Shown here one piece after another: positions 30,357-32,000 of a DNA stretch of 32,000 nt. The translations under genes were made by a program, and so were the position numbers. Every line of letters starts with the position of its first letter. The stretch's first letter is position 1. This stretch comes from Desulfocapsa sulfexigens DSM 10523 (lineage in GTDB: Bacteria > Desulfobacterota > Desulfobulbia > Desulfobulbales > Desulfocapsaceae). The stretch covers positions 2,280,001-2,312,000 of the forward strand of contig NC_020304.1 in assembly GCF_000341395.1 (NCBI RefSeq), given 5' to 3'. The notes under the pieces are model-generated. The model was not told where the DNA came from. It worked only from the letters and a program-made list of their open reading frames with translations, and made no database searches.

Positions 30357-30557
30357 TTAAAGAGAGGGGAGTGATCAATGCCTGATTGGCCCCCTCTTCG
30401 AAGGATGTATTTGATAAAAATAAATCTCTTTCTGCTTGACACTGTTTGACGGATAGAGTATTTATTGTCCCTTTCGTGCTCGGCAAACTTACTAGTAGCC
30501 TTGTGTGATGAATAATTAACGACATTCCAATATATGTGAACAGGAGCAGTAAAGATA

Positions 30558-30929
30558 ATGCCAACAATTAATCAGCTCATTCGGCAGGGCAGAAAAAAAC
30601 AGGTAAAAAAGAGCCTTACTCCGGCACTAAAAGGTGCGCCTCAAAAACGTGGAGTGTGTGTGCGTGTATATACTACAACTCCAAAGAAGCCCAACTCGGC
30701 TCTACGTAAAGTGGCAAGGGTTCGGTTGACAAACGGAATTGAGGTCACTTCTTATATTCCTGGTATTGGCCATAATCTACAGGAGCATTCTGTTGTTCTG
30801 ATTCGTGGGGGCCGTGTGAAGGATCTTCCTGGTGTTCGTTATCATGTTATTCGTGGTACTCTCGATACTCTGGGTGTCTCTGACAGACGCAAGGGTCGTT
30901 CCAAATATGGCGCGAAGCGTCCGAAATAA
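30558..30929 (+). CDS. rpsL: 30S ribosomal protein S12
   Basis: 123 aa. [38 protein letters not shown]. The residues at the classical streptomycin-resistance positions are the wild-type lysines. Confidence 0.98.
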   Translation: MPTINQLIRQGRKKQVKKSLTPALKGAPQKRGVCVRVYTTTPKKPNSALRKVARVRLTNGIEVTSYIPGIGHNLQEHSVVLIRGGRVKDLPGVRYHVIRGTLDTLGVSDRRKGRSKYGAKRPK

Positions 30930-30959
30930 GCTGAACCTGGATAGTGATAGAGGAAAACA

Positions 30960-31433
30960 ATGCCACGTAGAAAAATAGTAGAAAAAAGAAAAGTCAGTCC
31001 TGATCCACGTTTTAATTCCGTTTTGGTTTCAAAATTCACCAACGGTATAATGGAGCAGGGAAAAAAATCCATTGCCATGCGAATATTCTATGATGCGATG
31101 GATATAGTAGAATCTAAAGTACCTGATGAAGATCCTCTTACCATATTTGAAGAGGCAATGGATAAGGTGCGGCCAAAGGTTGAGGTGAAGTCTCGACGCG
31201 TTGGTGGTGCGACCTATCAGGTTCCGATGGAAGTTCGTCAGGTTCGCCGTAATGCGCTGGCTATTCGCTGGATCATTGGTTTCGCAAAGGCAAGATCAGG
31301 AAAGTCTATGTCTGATAAGCTTGCAGCTGAATTGCTTGATGCCTATAATGATCGAGGCGCTGCGGTGAAGAAACGTGACGATACTCATCGTATGGCCGAG
31401 GCTAACAAAGCTTTTGCTCACTATCGCTGGTAG
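30960..31433 (+). CDS. rpsG: 30S ribosomal protein S7
   Basis: 157 aa. [40 protein letters not shown]-terminal FAHYRW. Confidence 0.98.
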   Translation: MPRRKIVEKRKVSPDPRFNSVLVSKFTNGIMEQGKKSIAMRIFYDAMDIVESKVPDEDPLTIFEEAMDKVRPKVEVKSRRVGGATYQVPMEVRQVRRNALAIRWIIGFAKARSGKSMSDKLAAELLDAYNDRGAAVKKRDDTHRMAEANKAFAHYRW

Positions 31434-31474
31434 GTAGTGCGTTACAATTTTAATCTGTTTTGTTGTGTTAGCTG

Positions 31475-32000
31475 ATGGCTGATAAAGAAAGTCTTTCCGA
31501 TGTGCGCAATATTGGTATAATGGCCCATATTGACGCTGGGAAAACTACAACAACTGAACGGATATTGTATTACACAGGCCGATCTTATAAGATTGGTGAG
31601 GTTCATGATGGTGCTGCCGTCATGGACTGGATGGAACAGGAACAGGAGCGGGGGATTACAATTACCTCTGCCGCTACAAGCTGTGCCTGGAAATCCAAAA
31701 GGATTAATATCATTGATACGCCTGGTCATGTCGATTTTACCGTTGAGGTGGAACGATCCCTGCGTGTGCTCGATGGCGCTGTGGCAGTTTTTTGTGCCGT
31801 AGGTGGTGTTGAGCCACAGTCCGAAACGGTTTGGCGACAGGCTGAAAGATACGGGATACCTCGAATAGCGTTCATCAATAAGATGGATCGGGTCGGGGCT
31901 GATTTTGATCGGGTTGTTGCAATGATGGAGAAACGACTGGGGGCAAATCCGGTTGTTCTTCAGATTCCTGTCGGAAAAGAGTCAGAGTTTGAGGGTGTTG
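31475..32000 (+). CDS. fusA: Translation elongation factor G (5' part; runs off the window)
   Basis: Absent from the ORF track because there is no stop in the window. My translation from ATG 31475: [35 protein letters not shown]...[25 protein letters not shown]...FINKMDR (G1, G3 and G4 motifs). Canonical rpsL-rpsG-fusA order. Confidence 0.96.
   Translation, partial: MADKESLSDVRNIGIMAHIDAGKTTTTERILYYTGRSYKIGEVHDGAAVMDWMEQEQERGITITSAATSCAWKSKRINIIDTPGHVDFTVEVERSLRVLDGAVAVFCAVGGVEPQSETVWRQAERYGIPRIAFINKMDRVGADFDRVVAMMEKRLGANPVVLQIPVGKESEFEGV

Noticed and set aside
30357-30557. Possible rpoC terminator (agagggg...cccctct, 30363-30397) and rpsL promoter (TTGACA at 30436-30441).
   Set aside because: The hairpin has only a 7-bp stem, a 21-nt loop and no T tract. 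The TTGACA has only TATTTA (3/6) at 17-nt spacing. The evidence is too weak to annotate either, although some promoter for rpsL-rpsG-fusA probably lies in this 201-nt spacer.

Overview
This is a core-chromosome window, probably from a sulfate-reducing deltaproteobacterium (Desulfobacterota). The taxon is inferred only from the aprBA-qmoABC genes, and I cannot name a species. Every gene I can support lies on the + strand. The order is as follows. (1) Three tightly packed genes of unknown function (TPR protein, zinc-ribbon/HEAT-like protein, TPR-like protein) run straight into ribE-ribBA-ribH-nusB. (2) ftsK. (3) The dissimilatory sulfate-reduction core aprB-aprA-qmoA-qmoB-qmoC, with a near-consensus promoter, a long leader and two UUCG-loop hairpin terminators. 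(4) tRNA-Thr/Tyr/Gly/Thr followed by tuf. (5) rpmG, tRNA-Trp, secE, nusG, rplK, rplA, rplJ, rplL, rpoB, rpoC, rpsL, rpsG and the 5' end of fusA. I see no CRISPR array, transposase, integrase, phage, toxin-antitoxin or defence-type genes, and no large repeats. I do not find a convincing novel system here. The only uncharacterised coding content is the three-gene TPR/zinc-ribbon-HEAT/TPR module at 165-2564. The other points worth a second look are non-coding: terminators or attenuators inside operons, and three unusually long leaders or spacers (upstream of aprB, upstream of rplJ, and between rplL and rpoB). All product calls rest on motifs I recognised in the supplied translations and on conserved gene order. 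No database search was run.
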